The notes under the pieces: generated by a model
What the model was told of the DNA's origin: nothing
Database searches by the model: none
Seen by the model: the letters and a program-made list of their open reading frames with translations, nothing else
Made by a program: the position numbers and the translations under genes
Source: Schmidtea polychroa
Lineage: Eukaryota
Reading direction: 5' to 3'
Length of the DNA: 64,000 nt
Assembly: GCA_044892525.1 (NCBI GenBank)
Contig: CM097885.1
Coordinates: 213,714,001 to 213,778,000, forward strand
In this document: one piece after another, positions 26,118 through 37,009 of the stretch
Layout of the letters: every line of letters begins with the position of its first letter
How positions within the stretch are numbered: the first letter of the stretch is position 1

Positions 26118-28676
26118 TTAAGGAACTGCCCATCTCTTAAGCCATTCAATTCGTCTGAGTTTCTTTGTCGTCCCGTTACTCAATTCCACCTGGTGTTCTG
26201 ACAAAAACTTTGATATGACAAAAGGACCTTCATACTGTAGTCCATCTTTGTCGCGATTTTGTGGTTCTTTCCGAACTAATACTTTCTCCCCCACCGTGAA
26301 ACATCGATTCGTTCTCTTCTCTGTTTCCATCTCTTTCATTCGTTTAGCTGCTTTCTCACTGTTCTCTCTTACCAATCTATGTATCTCCACTGTATCCAAT
26401 GTCGTCTGAGGCAATGTTGAATGAAGGTTAATCTTCCTCCCAAAAACAATTTCAAATGGAGAAAATCCCGTCGCGCTCTGTTGTGTCACGTTGATACAAA
26501 ATTCTACTCGAGGAAGTAACTCCGCCCAATTTCGCTCTCCTAGTCCACCTGCTAATGATGTTGCCAGCAAGTCTCTGACTGTCCGTATTGTTCTCTCAAC
26601 TAAACCGTTAGATTGATGCTGATATGGAGAACTGAACTGTTGCATAATACCCAGTCTTCCTAGATTTGTTTTCATAAAATCACTATCGAAGTTCTTCTCT
26701 CTGTCTGACAGAAAATTTCGCGGTTTTCCGAAACGGTATATCCACTTCTCCAATATGGCTTTGAAAATCGATCTCTCGTCTTGTCTCTCCAGTGCGGTCA
26801 GACTGACCATTTTGCTAAAACGATCAATGATAACTAGCATATACTTGTACACTCCACCATTCTTCATGTGTGCTATATCAATGACCAACTGCTCTAAAAA
26901 TTCTGAACTTATTATCGGCAACAATCGTTCCTTTGTCTTCTCCTGCACTATTTTTCTTCTGCAGCATATCTCACATACTCTCAAACAGTTTTGTATAGTT
27001 TCTTGCATATTTGGCCAAAAAAATATGTTGCTCATATAGCTAATTAATTTCTTTACTCCAATGTGACACATTTCAGTATGTATTCCTTTAACTAACGTAT
27101 TTGAGTAGTCTATCGGCACCAGGATGACATCTTTACCATTCTTCTCTAATAATAAAAACCCATCTTCTAATTTTATGTTGTTATGCAAATTGAAAGGAAA
27201 TTTCTTTTTATTCAAGTCATTTTTTTCCTCTTCTCCCTGTAAAACTCTTGTCATGTGAATGAAATCTACATCATCTTGTTGCTTTTCTAAGAGTTTTGTC
27301 ATCGACTCAGTCTTCTGTAATGAGCTGATATGTCTTACTCTGGCTTTTTCTTCTTTTGCGTTTTCATGTCTAGTCTGGCATTGTGCACATAACATCCCTT
27401 TAATCCTTGATATTCCGTCCGCATTTCCATGTTCCTCTCCTTTCCTATATTGAAGATCGAAATCATATCCGGAAAGGTTGGCTAGCCAGGTTTGAAATTG
27501 CGGGCTTATCGGTTTTTTTGTGTATCTCATGAAAACTAACGCCTTGTGATCCGTTCGTACTACAAATGACTTTCCGTATAGATATTGTTTAAAATACATT
27601 ACATATTCGTGTATAGCAAGTAACTCCTTCCTAGTCACACAATAACCTTTTTCATGCGCGGTCAAGTGTCTTGACCCATATGCAATTACCACTTCAGTAC
27701 CATCTTCTTTAGCTTGACATAAAACTGCTCCGATGGCCCCAAAACTAGCGTCTGTATCCAGAATAAAGTTTCTATCCATTCTTGGGAAATCTAGAATTGG
27801 AGCTTCACACAACTTTGTTTTAAGTAATTCAAAACTATTGTTGCAATCTTCTGACCAATTAATCTTTTTCTCACAGCCGGACGTAGCTGCATGTAGAGGT
27901 TCCGCAATTTTCGCATAGTCTTTTATAAACTTCCTATAGTAATTGGTCAAACCTAAAAAGGATCTTAATTGTTTGGCGCATACTGGTATTTCTGCATCTT
28001 GAATCTCTTTAATCTTCTTGTCGTTCGTTTTTATCCCACTTGCACTTACAGTGTGCCCTAGGAATGTCAATTCTTCTTTATATAGATTACATTTTTCTGG
28101 GTTAATTCTCAACCCCGCTAGTTGAATTCTTCTGAATATTTCTTCTAATCGGTTATTGTGTTCCTCTTTGTCTTTTCCATAGACAAGAATGTCGTCGAGG
28201 TAGACAACAACACCCTTAAATAATATTCCATCCAACATTGAGTGCATCATTCTTTGAAACGTCGCAGGGGCGGTTGCTAGTCCAAAAGGAAGTCGGTTAA
28301 AACAAAACTGTCCTTGCCTTGTACTGAAAGCCGTGACCTCTTGAATTTCCTTCGCCATTCCAACTTGATAATATGCTTGACCTAGATCGATTGATGTGAA
28401 ATATTTTGAATCTGCCAGACAATCCAGTAGAAATCGTGTATCTGGCATTGGAAAAGATATCTTTTCAGTGATCGCATTCAACCCTCTATAGTCGACACAC
28501 ATCCTTATTGATCCATCTTTCTTAGCCACAATCACTAGTGGCGCGTTCCATGCACTTTTGTATTTTCTAATAACTCTCGCTTCTAATAAGTTTGTGACAA
28601 GTTCGTCAAGCTTTTGTTCTAAATGCATTGGTTGTCTTCTTGGCTGTAACATTACAGACCCACCTACTATATTCAT
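26118..28676 (-). CDS. pol: Gypsy Pol: reverse transcriptase, RNase H, integrase
   Basis: 852-aa ORF with YLDD, FILDTDAS..AIGAVL, H..MCH..C..C, SNGLVER and the GPF module. Confidence 0.97.
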   Translation of the reverse strand: MNIVGGSVMLQPRRQPMHLEQKLDELVTNLLEARVIRKYKSAWNAPLVIVAKKDGSIRMCVDYRGLNAITEKISFPMPDTRFLLDCLADSKYFTSIDLGQAYYQVGMAKEIQEVTAFSTRQGQFCFNRLPFGLATAPATFQRMMHSMLDGILFKGVVVYLDDILVYGKDKEEHNNRLEEIFRRIQLAGLRINPEKCNLYKEELTFLGHTVSASGIKTNDKKIKEIQDAEIPVCAKQLRSFLGLTNYYRKFIKDYAKIAEPLHAATSGCEKKINWSEDCNNSFELLKTKLCEAPILDFPRMDRNFILDTDASFGAIGAVLCQAKEDGTEVVIAYGSRHLTAHEKGYCVTRKELLAIHEYVMYFKQYLYGKSFVVRTDHKALVFMRYTKKPISPQFQTWLANLSGYDFDLQYRKGEEHGNADGISRIKGMLCAQCQTRHENAKEEKARVRHISSLQKTESMTKLLEKQQDDVDFIHMTRVLQGEEEKNDLNKKKFPFNLHNNIKLEDGFLLLEKNGKDVILVPIDYSNTLVKGIHTEMCHIGVKKLISYMSNIFFWPNMQETIQNCLRVCEICCRRKIVQEKTKERLLPIISSEFLEQLVIDIAHMKNGGVYKYMLVIIDRFSKMVSLTALERQDERSIFKAILEKWIYRFGKPRNFLSDREKNFDSDFMKTNLGRLGIMQQFSSPYQHQSNGLVERTIRTVRDLLATSLAGGLGERNWAELLPRVEFCINVTQQSATGFSPFEIVFGRKINLHSTLPQTTLDTVEIHRLVRENSEKAAKRMKEMETEKRTNRCFTVGEKVLVRKEPQNRDKDGLQYEGPFVISKFLSEHQVELSNGTTKKLRRIEWLKRWAVP

Positions 28677-29280
28677 TTCATGTGAACAACTTTCGTAAAC
28701 CCTAGATCAAAAGTTGAAGCCATAAAAATACCTTTGAACTTCCGTAGCAATATGTCTAACTGCTCATTCTTCCTATCTCCAAGCATTAATAATGCTTTCT
28801 CTTCTCGTTGTGAGTCCACATATGTCCTCCCTATTTGTGACGCTTCAATATTGTCTACCTCTACCAGTCCAGTACCAAATCTCTCCATTGTATCTACACC
28901 CCCAGTGAAATCTGGACGTATATCTTTGACAACTATAACATTAATAATTCTTTTTTTCCCATTCCAATCAGCTTCTATCGTCATTGCTCCTAACGGTCTT
29001 TCCATTCCCGTCGAAAATACTCCACAAAGAGAAATTGTGCTCTGCTTCAACTTCGGTTTCCCAATCTTTGTCCAACTTTTTCACTCATAACTGATACTGA
29101 CGCTCCAGAGTCCCAAAGAATGTCAATCGCCGTCATGTTTATTACAATCTTACTCCACTTTCTTCTGTCTGTCGTCTCATACATCTTCTGCATCATGTCT
29201 TCATTTCGCTTCTTTCTACTGATTATTGTGTCGACCCCACTGACGAAATGAAAGCAATGGGATCGTCCTTGTTTTTTGGT
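28673..29280 (-). CDS. Gypsy aspartic protease region, broken by two 1-nt frameshifts
   Basis: ILWDSGASVSVMSEK (DSG at 29112-29104) continues only after a -1 shift (WTKIGKPKLKQSTISL). It joins the RT ORF only after a second -1 shift near 28690. Confidence 0.85.
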
Positions 29281-30471
29281 TTATCCATTGATTTTTTTTA
29301 TCGTTTGTTCGTAATTACTGTATAAATCTTCTGTGAAATCACCATTATTTCTTTCGTGATCTTTTTCGTAAATACATGCCACTCTCTTCTGATATCCATT
29401 TCTATTTTTAAGCAAAAAACAATCTCTGAATCCATGACCTTCTTTTCCACAGATTAGACATTTGTCTTTCATAGGACATTCAAAACGCCGGTGCCCTTTT
29501 TCTCCACAACAAAAACACTGACCTGGTGTCAGTTTCACTGGATGAGGCGAATCTCTTCCTTTGCTGTCATTAAATAACCTTCTTGCAATATCTTTAAGCG
29601 ATACTGTAGGTATTCTTCTCTCTGGTTCTCCTGTCTCATATCGTCCTCTATACCGCTCATTTTCATTCTTGTCTTCATTTACAATTGGTACAAACCGACC
29701 ATTACCAGGTCTATTCCTCTCATGGTTAATCTCTCGGTGTTCGTCGCGTTGATGTGCAGTTGTCTTCACAATTGTTCTTTGGTCTCGTCTACCCTCGAAT
29801 TTACCATTTTTCATCACTGATGCGTAAGAGTCTCTTCTTATGGCATCAATATTGAATTTATTGTCATTCGTCATCTCGATCTTCTCCTGAATTTTTGCCA
29901 TATCCCTGGCATCTTCAAAACTTGTCACTTTCCCTGATAAGAATATTTCTTTTACTCTATCGTCTTTCGCTCTGTTTGAAATAATGTCTCGAACAATCTG
30001 TTCATCAGACATTCCAGAGCTAAATACACTTTTAACTAAACTTCTTACTCGTATTTCGAAGACTTGGAATCTTTCATCTCTCTTTTGCTGAATTTGAGCT
30101 AGTTCCACAATCTTGTTAGTAATGGTTTTCCTTACTGTAAAAGTTTCTATAAACCACTCTTTTGCCATTTCATCGGTCATCTTCGCTATTTTCGCCGCTT
30201 CCCATAACATCGATGCCGCATCTGTCAACAAAAGATCCAATGCGTCTACTAAACTATGATCTTCTATTCTCAGCCATTCCATAATATCCTTTAGCCAAAG
30301 TTCGGCTTCAGATCCAACTTTTCCGTCAAACTTTCTTACATTAAAATTTAGCAATTCACGTGCTTGTTTTGACAAGGAATCTAACATATTCTTAGTTCCT
30401 TTCTTTTTTCCTATCGCATTGATTTCCTTGGCGTGGTCGCCAGTTATGATGTCTTCAACTTCTAAATTCAT
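29281..30471 (-). CDS. gag: Gypsy Gag with two CCHC knuckles; ATG lies inside the 5' LTR
   Basis: 396-aa ORF; RKFDG...WL motif; CFCCGEKGHRRFEC and CLICGKEGHGFRDC. Confidence 0.92.
   Translation of the reverse strand: MNLEVEDIITGDHAKEINAIGKKKGTKNMLDSLSKQARELLNFNVRKFDGKVGSEAELWLKDIMEWLRIEDHSLVDALDLLLTDAASMLWEAAKIAKMTDEMAKEWFIETFTVRKTITNKIVELAQIQQKRDERFQVFEIRVRSLVKSVFSSGMSDEQIVRDIISNRAKDDRVKEIFLSGKVTSFEDARDMAKIQEKIEMTNDNKFNIDAIRRDSYASVMKNGKFEGRRDQRTIVKTTAHQRDEHREINHERNRPGNGRFVPIVNEDKNENERYRGRYETGEPERRIPTVSLKDIARRLFNDSKGRDSPHPVKLTPGQCFCCGEKGHRRFECPMKDKCLICGKEGHGFRDCFLLKNRNGYQKRVACIYEKDHERNNGDFTEDLYSNYEQTIKKING
30432..30442 (-). promoter_or_regulatory. Primer-binding site, tRNA-Arg(UCG)-like
   Basis: TGGCGACCACG directly abuts the LTR end and is complementary to a ...GUGGUCG-CCA tRNA end. 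The same PBS start occurs at 9009. Confidence 0.8.
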
Positions 30472-30999
30472 AAAATCAATAAATCAATAATAATGCAATA
30501 AAATATATTTTCCAAAAACACGCTAAAACCAATAATATTAAAACAAACAACTTTCCATAACTATTATACAGTAAAATAATTGTGAACAAATTACATTTCT
30601 ATTAATATTTTATATTAATTACATAATAACAAACATAAACTAAATCACAGATGAGGAACCCGAAGACCGCCGTTTTTTTGTTTATATTAAAAAAAAGTGA
30701 TTATTTTTTCACAGATAAAATTTAATTGTAATTTTTTATAATTGGTTTATAATAAATACTTTAAAACTTGATTTTTTACTATCGTAAATTTTCAAAGAGT
30801 TTACTTTGTTTTTACCATTTAGTTATATGTAAACATATAAGCAGAATTTAAAAAACGAAAATCTATCAAATGACGTTCATTTTTTCTAAAATATCTTATA
30901 TAATGACTTTGTTTTTTTATTAAAAAAAAGAATGTCAAAATTTAAAAAAAATGTAAAATATTCAATATTATTAATTATTTTATGTATAAATAAATTTTA

Positions 31000-31325
31000 A
31001 AAAAATGACCACCGATCAAGACTGAGTGATGTACGATTAGAAAGCTGCGTGAGTGTAGCTACCTCATCAATTCCGGCTGATATTGATCAGCTTGTATCGA
31101 AAAAACAGTGCCAAATTTCTCATTAAAAATTTCAAATAAATTCGTTTTATTGTTCTTTTTTTGTTTGTTTTTATTTTTCATTAAAATTTGTATATGAAAT
31201 CTTTACTTTTTTATATATTTTATATTTTTTATTCTAATGTTTATTATAAATAAAGTTTTATAAATTATTAATAAGTGTTACTTTATGTGCGGCCCGCAAA
31301 AAATTTTAAAATTTAAATTGGCCCG
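31000..31325 (+). mobile_element. 3' end of a hAT-Buster/Charlie-like element
   Basis: RSRLSDVRLESC.SVATS.IPADIDQLVSKKQCQISH* followed by subterminal gcggcccgc/ggcccg motifs. Confidence 0.7.
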
Positions 31326-31960
31326 TTGATTAAAAAAATACAAACTGATGAAATTCATGATCACTACTTGGGAAAGCGAATTCAAAACGAGCTCATTTCG
31401 TTGATGGGAAATAAGGTAAGGGAAATTATTATAGGACGAGTAAAATTTGCAAAATACTTTTCAGTAATACTTGATTGCACATCAGACCAAAGTCACCAAG
31501 AACAGATATCAATGACAATTCGCTATATAAGCCCAGGAGTAGGATATTCTGAAGTAATTCACGAGCACTTCATTCGTTTTCTAGAAGTAGAAGAAAGTAC
31601 TCTACAATACCTGCTTGATGTCTTACTATTCGAACTGACAAGATTGGGCTTAGCTGTTTCTAATATCCGCGGTCAACGATACGGCAGCGGTTCGAACATG
31701 AAAGGGCATAAGTCAGGCATACAGGCTCGTATTTTACAATTAAATCCTAGAGCATTTTTTACCCCTTGTACCTGTCACAGGTACAACTTGCTACTATGTG
31801 ATATGGTAAAAACGTGTCCTGATGCAATGACGTTTTTTGGTATAATTCAACAAATCTATGTTTTATTTTCTGCTTCAACAAAACGACGGGCTATCTTTTC
31901 CAAGCATGTTCGAAATGTTTCAGTAAGACCAGTTTGTGAAAGTTTTGTACCATGGCGGCG
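31326..31960 (+). mobile_element. hAT-Tip100/ZMYM1-like transposase core fragment
   Basis: IQNELI...YFSVILDCTSDQSHQEQ...RGQRYGSGSNMKG..SGIQARI...PCTCHRYNL...FSASTKR. Confidence 0.9.
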
Positions 31961-34900
31961 AAATGGGATAAAACAGGTGAGCCCCTGCCTTAGAACTATT
32001 CTTCCACCCTGTTCCGACTAACTCTGACTGACTTGCAATAGAAGGACTTACGTCGCATTTCTGTTCTACATCCTCGATAGAGATTTTCTATCTGATGTCT
32101 TCGAAATATACTCTGGAATATTCGGAAAACAACGAAATCGACACGCTTGGCTACCATGAAATCGACTGCATCATACCTATTCATAAAATCTCACAAGTAC
32201 GTACTAACACGAAAAATTTTATTTAAGACTAAATTTTTACGTCACTACACTAACAACAAAGAAAAAGAATCACTGTACAAAAACTAATCTCATCATTTCG
32301 ACTTAGAAAAAGGCAGGTTGTGAAGAGAACATCTCATGCCCTGTCTGACGCTGTTTCAGCGAATAATGCCTCTGGTTCGAATAGTTCCGCAAAGTTGTCT
32401 TCCCATGCCGTATTAGTTGCTGTCACAACAAGAAATTCCATTGCTACATTGCTCGTCTGAAAAGTGTTGTCAGCTACCTTCCCATTATCGACTTTCAGTA
32501 TGGCTTCCTTTTCGACTCCTCGCATCTTCTGTTTCTTTTTACGCTTGACCCGAGATAATTGCCGGTGTTTTGGTTTCTCCCGCTGCACTGGATTTTTAGA
32601 TATGATTGGATGGCTGAGTTGGTTAAGGTATCACTCAGCTGGTGCCGGTAATAATTACTTCTGAAGTAGAATGTGATAGGTCAGCTTCTACGCACCCCTG
32701 GCACACTTTTCTCGATGATTGACGAGAAAGATCTTTATGATTGTGGTGAAGGGGGAAAATGTTATCTGCTTCAGCGATTGGGATGTCGACGATCTTTTCA
32801 TAATTGTAGCTTGTATATACATTTTATGCAAAGCTTCCGAAGGTTCCTTGATTAATAATCGTTGAGTTCGACTCTCTTAGATTAAACTGACCCGGCAATG
32901 CTCAATTCGGAACAGTTTCTTTTGTAATTCTTTCATGTTCCTTCAAGTGGATCGATTTTTCTTTTCAGGAGCCCTATCTGAGTTTGTTAATTAAATGCAT
33001 ATCTTTGTGAAATAGCTAGTGACATAATACAAATAATTATAATCTGATTTTGTCAATATGATTGTAGATGATTCGACAGAAAATTCCAATCACATAATCT
33101 TGAAAGTTTATCTGATTCTTCAAAATTCGTTTAGTGAAAAGATTCTTATCATAGAAGTTTGAAGTAGACTAAGACTACTAGGAAATTAAGTACATAGTAA
33201 AACGATGAAAGGACAAGAAACAACGAGCTATAATATCTTCTACGGTAGCCAATGAACCCAGCCACTCATCGGATCATTAACAGTTCTTAGTATAGAGGTC
33301 GCCTTTTGCAGACAGCCACCCGTTAAATCGCAGTACCAACGTTGCATGCAACGTGTGTTTAGTGGTTAATTAAAACAATTATGCGCGTTTGGAGAGGGGA
33401 ATGTGAAAACAAGGTAAGTGTTGATCGGATGAAAGTCTAGAGGTGAAAGATCTTCCCCATACATAACCCACGAACTTCAACAAATATATATTAAACTGTA
33501 ATAGTCAAATCAATTCAGAATTACATAAATCTGACAAACGTCATATTGATAATTGTGAATTGATAAATGTTGTATTGACTATCTCATCAATTTCTGTTTC
33601 TTTCCATGTACACTTTCATCTTCTTAAACAACTACTTATATTCATTGATAAGCTCTAAAAGAGGCTTGAGAATCTCAACGCGCACTAATTAGTATATAAA
33701 TAAATATATCAAAACAAAATCTGGTTTTCTGTAACTTTTATTCAAAACTTAAATTCTCAAAATTGGTAAGTGTAATAAGTACTCTAAATTTTCAATAAAG
33801 AAGTGTTGGCTATCGCATGTATATTAAATGAAAAAGTTTCCTCTATTAATTTTGAATAAAACTATGAATAAAACTTTTAGAAACTTTTGTAGTTGAGTAA
33901 AGTGATACTTTTCTCAATGCTGACTTATTTTATTGGACATATTTTCCGATTAGTGGGCATTATTTTACTAATTTGTTTAAACAGCGTTACAGGTTCTTGA
34001 AGATTCAATAACACTTAACGTACGTGCCCGTAACATAGACGGGTGAACATTATATTTCCTTACGTGGTTTTTCATGTTTGTTCAAGACGTGGGCGAGTTC
34101 TAATATTTGTATAGACACCTGTACTAAATACTTTCTATAACAAAATAGATGTCACAGTTATGAGTTACCGAAAAATAAATGTGTACATTAGGTGGTTAAT
34201 GTCGATAATATTTGTGCTTAAATTCTTACGTACTTATATTATTACTATTTTTGGGTTAAGAACTGAATTAGAATTTTTCTTTTGTTTGTGGATTTTGAGC
34301 ATAAGATTTTTTTTGTGTTTCATTAAATAAAATGAGGACTGTGAAGAGTCAACTGAGATACCAAAATAAGCATAGAAAAGGCATTAAGTTTAGTTAAATT
34401 ATAATATAACATCAATTAAAACAAATTAAAATAAACAGAATTAGAATAAATAAAAATAAAAGTAATTAAAATCAAAACTGGAAGAAGGGACATAAATGAG
34501 AAAGCATAGAAAAAATAAGTTATCGCAGAGAAAAGACACGAAGCAAAATTATCCCGAGGTGGATATATAAAGCGATATATAAAAGAAGCAAGATCGAGGA
34601 AAAATAATATAATTTAAATAAAATTGAGTAAATTAAATGAAAAAATAAGAAATTAAACCAATCAAAATGATTTGAAACGGAATCTAAAATAAACAAAAAT
34701 TGTAATAAATTAACATTTTTACTCGATCCTGATTGGTTGAAAAGTCATTAAAAATACTAAATAGCTCCCTCTCAATGGACACTTCACTGTTATTTTTCAA
34801 TGCTATTAAGTAAATCATTCAATACAATCCAAATTTTTATTCAACGACTAATTTCAATTTATTCAGCGATTTATTCATAGAAATTATCAAAATTCCACCT

Positions 34901-35968
34901 TTTGACACAGTAAAAGGCCAGAGATATCACCTAGAACATTTAAATGGAACGAGACGAGCCATCATGTGACCATCGAGATGATTATGTGAAAATAAATCTA
35001 ACCGATATGATAAGTGAGATCTTGACCACGATTATTTTTTCTACTCGTGAGGTATTAGTAAGATAAAGAGACCCAAGAGGACGTAAGCCCTTCTACCGGC
35101 AGTCATTAACCGGGAGAGAAAGGCCATAGAGTAGTAGTCCTAAGATAGGATCTCACCTGTCCTATGGATTTCACCGACTTGACGCATTGCCAACGTGGTG
35201 GCAGTGATGGGCGTCATGTCGTATCTGAAATAGTCGTGTGGAGTTTTATTGGAAATCTTGGCTAGTTAGGAGTAAAATTTACGGAACGATATACCATCTA
35301 TCTTGCAGGTAAGGACACTCACCCCTATAGTTTTGAAGTACTGCCAATTTTTGCGAACGAAACCCCAGCACCATGATTTATCTTCAAATTTTTATATAGT
35401 TTTTACATCGTTCAAACCTTTCTGGGCCTTTTCAAAGTAGAAAATGAAATTTAATTAGCAACAATTTATTTGTTAAAACAAGCACTACATTTCCGAGTGG
35501 TTTAAACAAATTTTGAATCTTACAAATAATTATAATTATTGACGTTAATCATATTTTCAAGATATAAATACCCAAATCATTTAGAAAAATGATAATTACC
35601 AAAAATTCAATGATATTTAATTAATAGGTTATTTGAATATAAAATAATCTAAGTATATTAAAAATTAGTAAATAATGAAACAATATTTTTAAATAATGCT
35701 ATTAATATTTTTTGATCATCGAATAAAATTAACACTTTGTTTATTAATAAATTAACTAATGAAAAATATTTATTAAATTCAAGCAATGATTATTCATAAC
35801 CAAAATTTTAATTTATCTTGTTATTTAATAATGGTCATTGCATTTGTTTGGCTATAACATTCAATGTAAATATTCGTTAACGATATTTTAATTTTAGATT
35901 TGTAGCTGTTAATTGTGACTTATCGTTAGTATTATTTTTGACAATTACAATTTAAGTTCAAATTGTAG

Positions 35969-36977
35969 ATGGCGGAAGAAAGCACTAATTCATTAGACCT
36001 ATTACCTACTTATGAAGATGCTCTCAAATCATCAAAAGAAGAATATTATAAAGCGGCGAAAGGCGTTTTTGAACATCGAAAAATTTGTCCAAGTTCTATT
36101 GCAGAGATGTATGAGAAATTCTATGAATGGTGCGTAGCTCTAAATTGTGTCAGCAGTATCGAAGATTGTAAAATTCCTCCTTATCCCGAAACTGGGATTC
36201 TTTCTACGCCAGCTTCGTTAATATCCACCATTTCAAATCAACCACGTACATTAGTAACTTCATCTTATAGTCAATTGATGAATGTAGTTGGCTACAATGG
36301 AACGTGTTATGATGATTATTATTGTAATCAACGTTCGGTTGCTCCTTACTTACATTACATTCTCGGAATCACATGCTTGATTATGTGTTTAATTGGCATA
36401 TTGACTACATCTCTGTTTTTGCCTGTTTTCAATGTTGCGAGTCATCGTACCGGTGTAACACTCTATCTCACAGCAATAGCAATTATAGACTGTATATATA
36501 TGATTTTGTTCACTGTCATAGTTGTTATTCAGTATATTCCATATGAATACACAGACCAATTGGACATGTATTCGCGCTTCACCGCTAATCTTATACCCCA
36601 TGGGTTACCAACATTGCAATTGATGGAAATTTTATCTGTAAGAAATAAAATTTTAAATATATAATAGTATTAATAATTATTAATAATGTTTCAATTCTGA
36701 TATATGATGTGTGAAAATTGCATATTACCGCCTTCGCATTCCATAATAAGAGTAAAAAAAACGATAAATGCATACAAAACAAAAATATTTTTCACAGATG
36801 GAACAATATTGTTCAAATTGGACTAGTTATTAAACAATAGAATGGAAATTGTTATGAAAATAACAAATTTCTGTACAATTTTGTCGCCTTCTGTATTTTT
36901 CCGCGGTGGCGCCTGCGTGAAAATCACGCATCGTACCCGCCTCACGCCGGGCCTATATATATATATATATATATTGA

Positions 36978-37009
<32 letters not shown>

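Larger units (their letters stand above)
25987..30562 (-). mobile_element. Full-length compact Ty3/gypsy LTR retrotransposon (4576 bp)
   Basis: Identical 121-bp LTRs (25987-26107, 30442-30562) with AGTTATG...CATAACT ends; 5-bp TSD ATTAT; PBS TGGCGACCACG; PPT AAAGAAGGGGAG; gag-PR-RT-RH-IN order. Confidence 0.97.

Noticed and set aside
29279-29283. Stop-codon readthrough at the gag TAA (pol is in frame)
   Set aside because: The context is not a known readthrough signal, and a single extra A in the A8 tract restores a canonical A AAA AAC -1 frameshift design.
30645-30675. Further hammerhead-like strings (cagatgagg..cgaag here; gtgatga..gaaac on the minus strand near 40600)
   Set aside because: Core mismatches and no credible stem II or stem I.
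33320-34045. Helitron-like hairpins (cgttgcatgcaacg; cccgt..acggg)
   Set aside because: No clean CTRR end or matching 5' TC terminus could be identified.
36798-36830. Possible second GPCR exon after ttttcacag
   Set aside because: The in-phase reading hits a stop after 11 codons, whereas 41595 gives the expected TM3 continuation (VWITVAVLIDRF).
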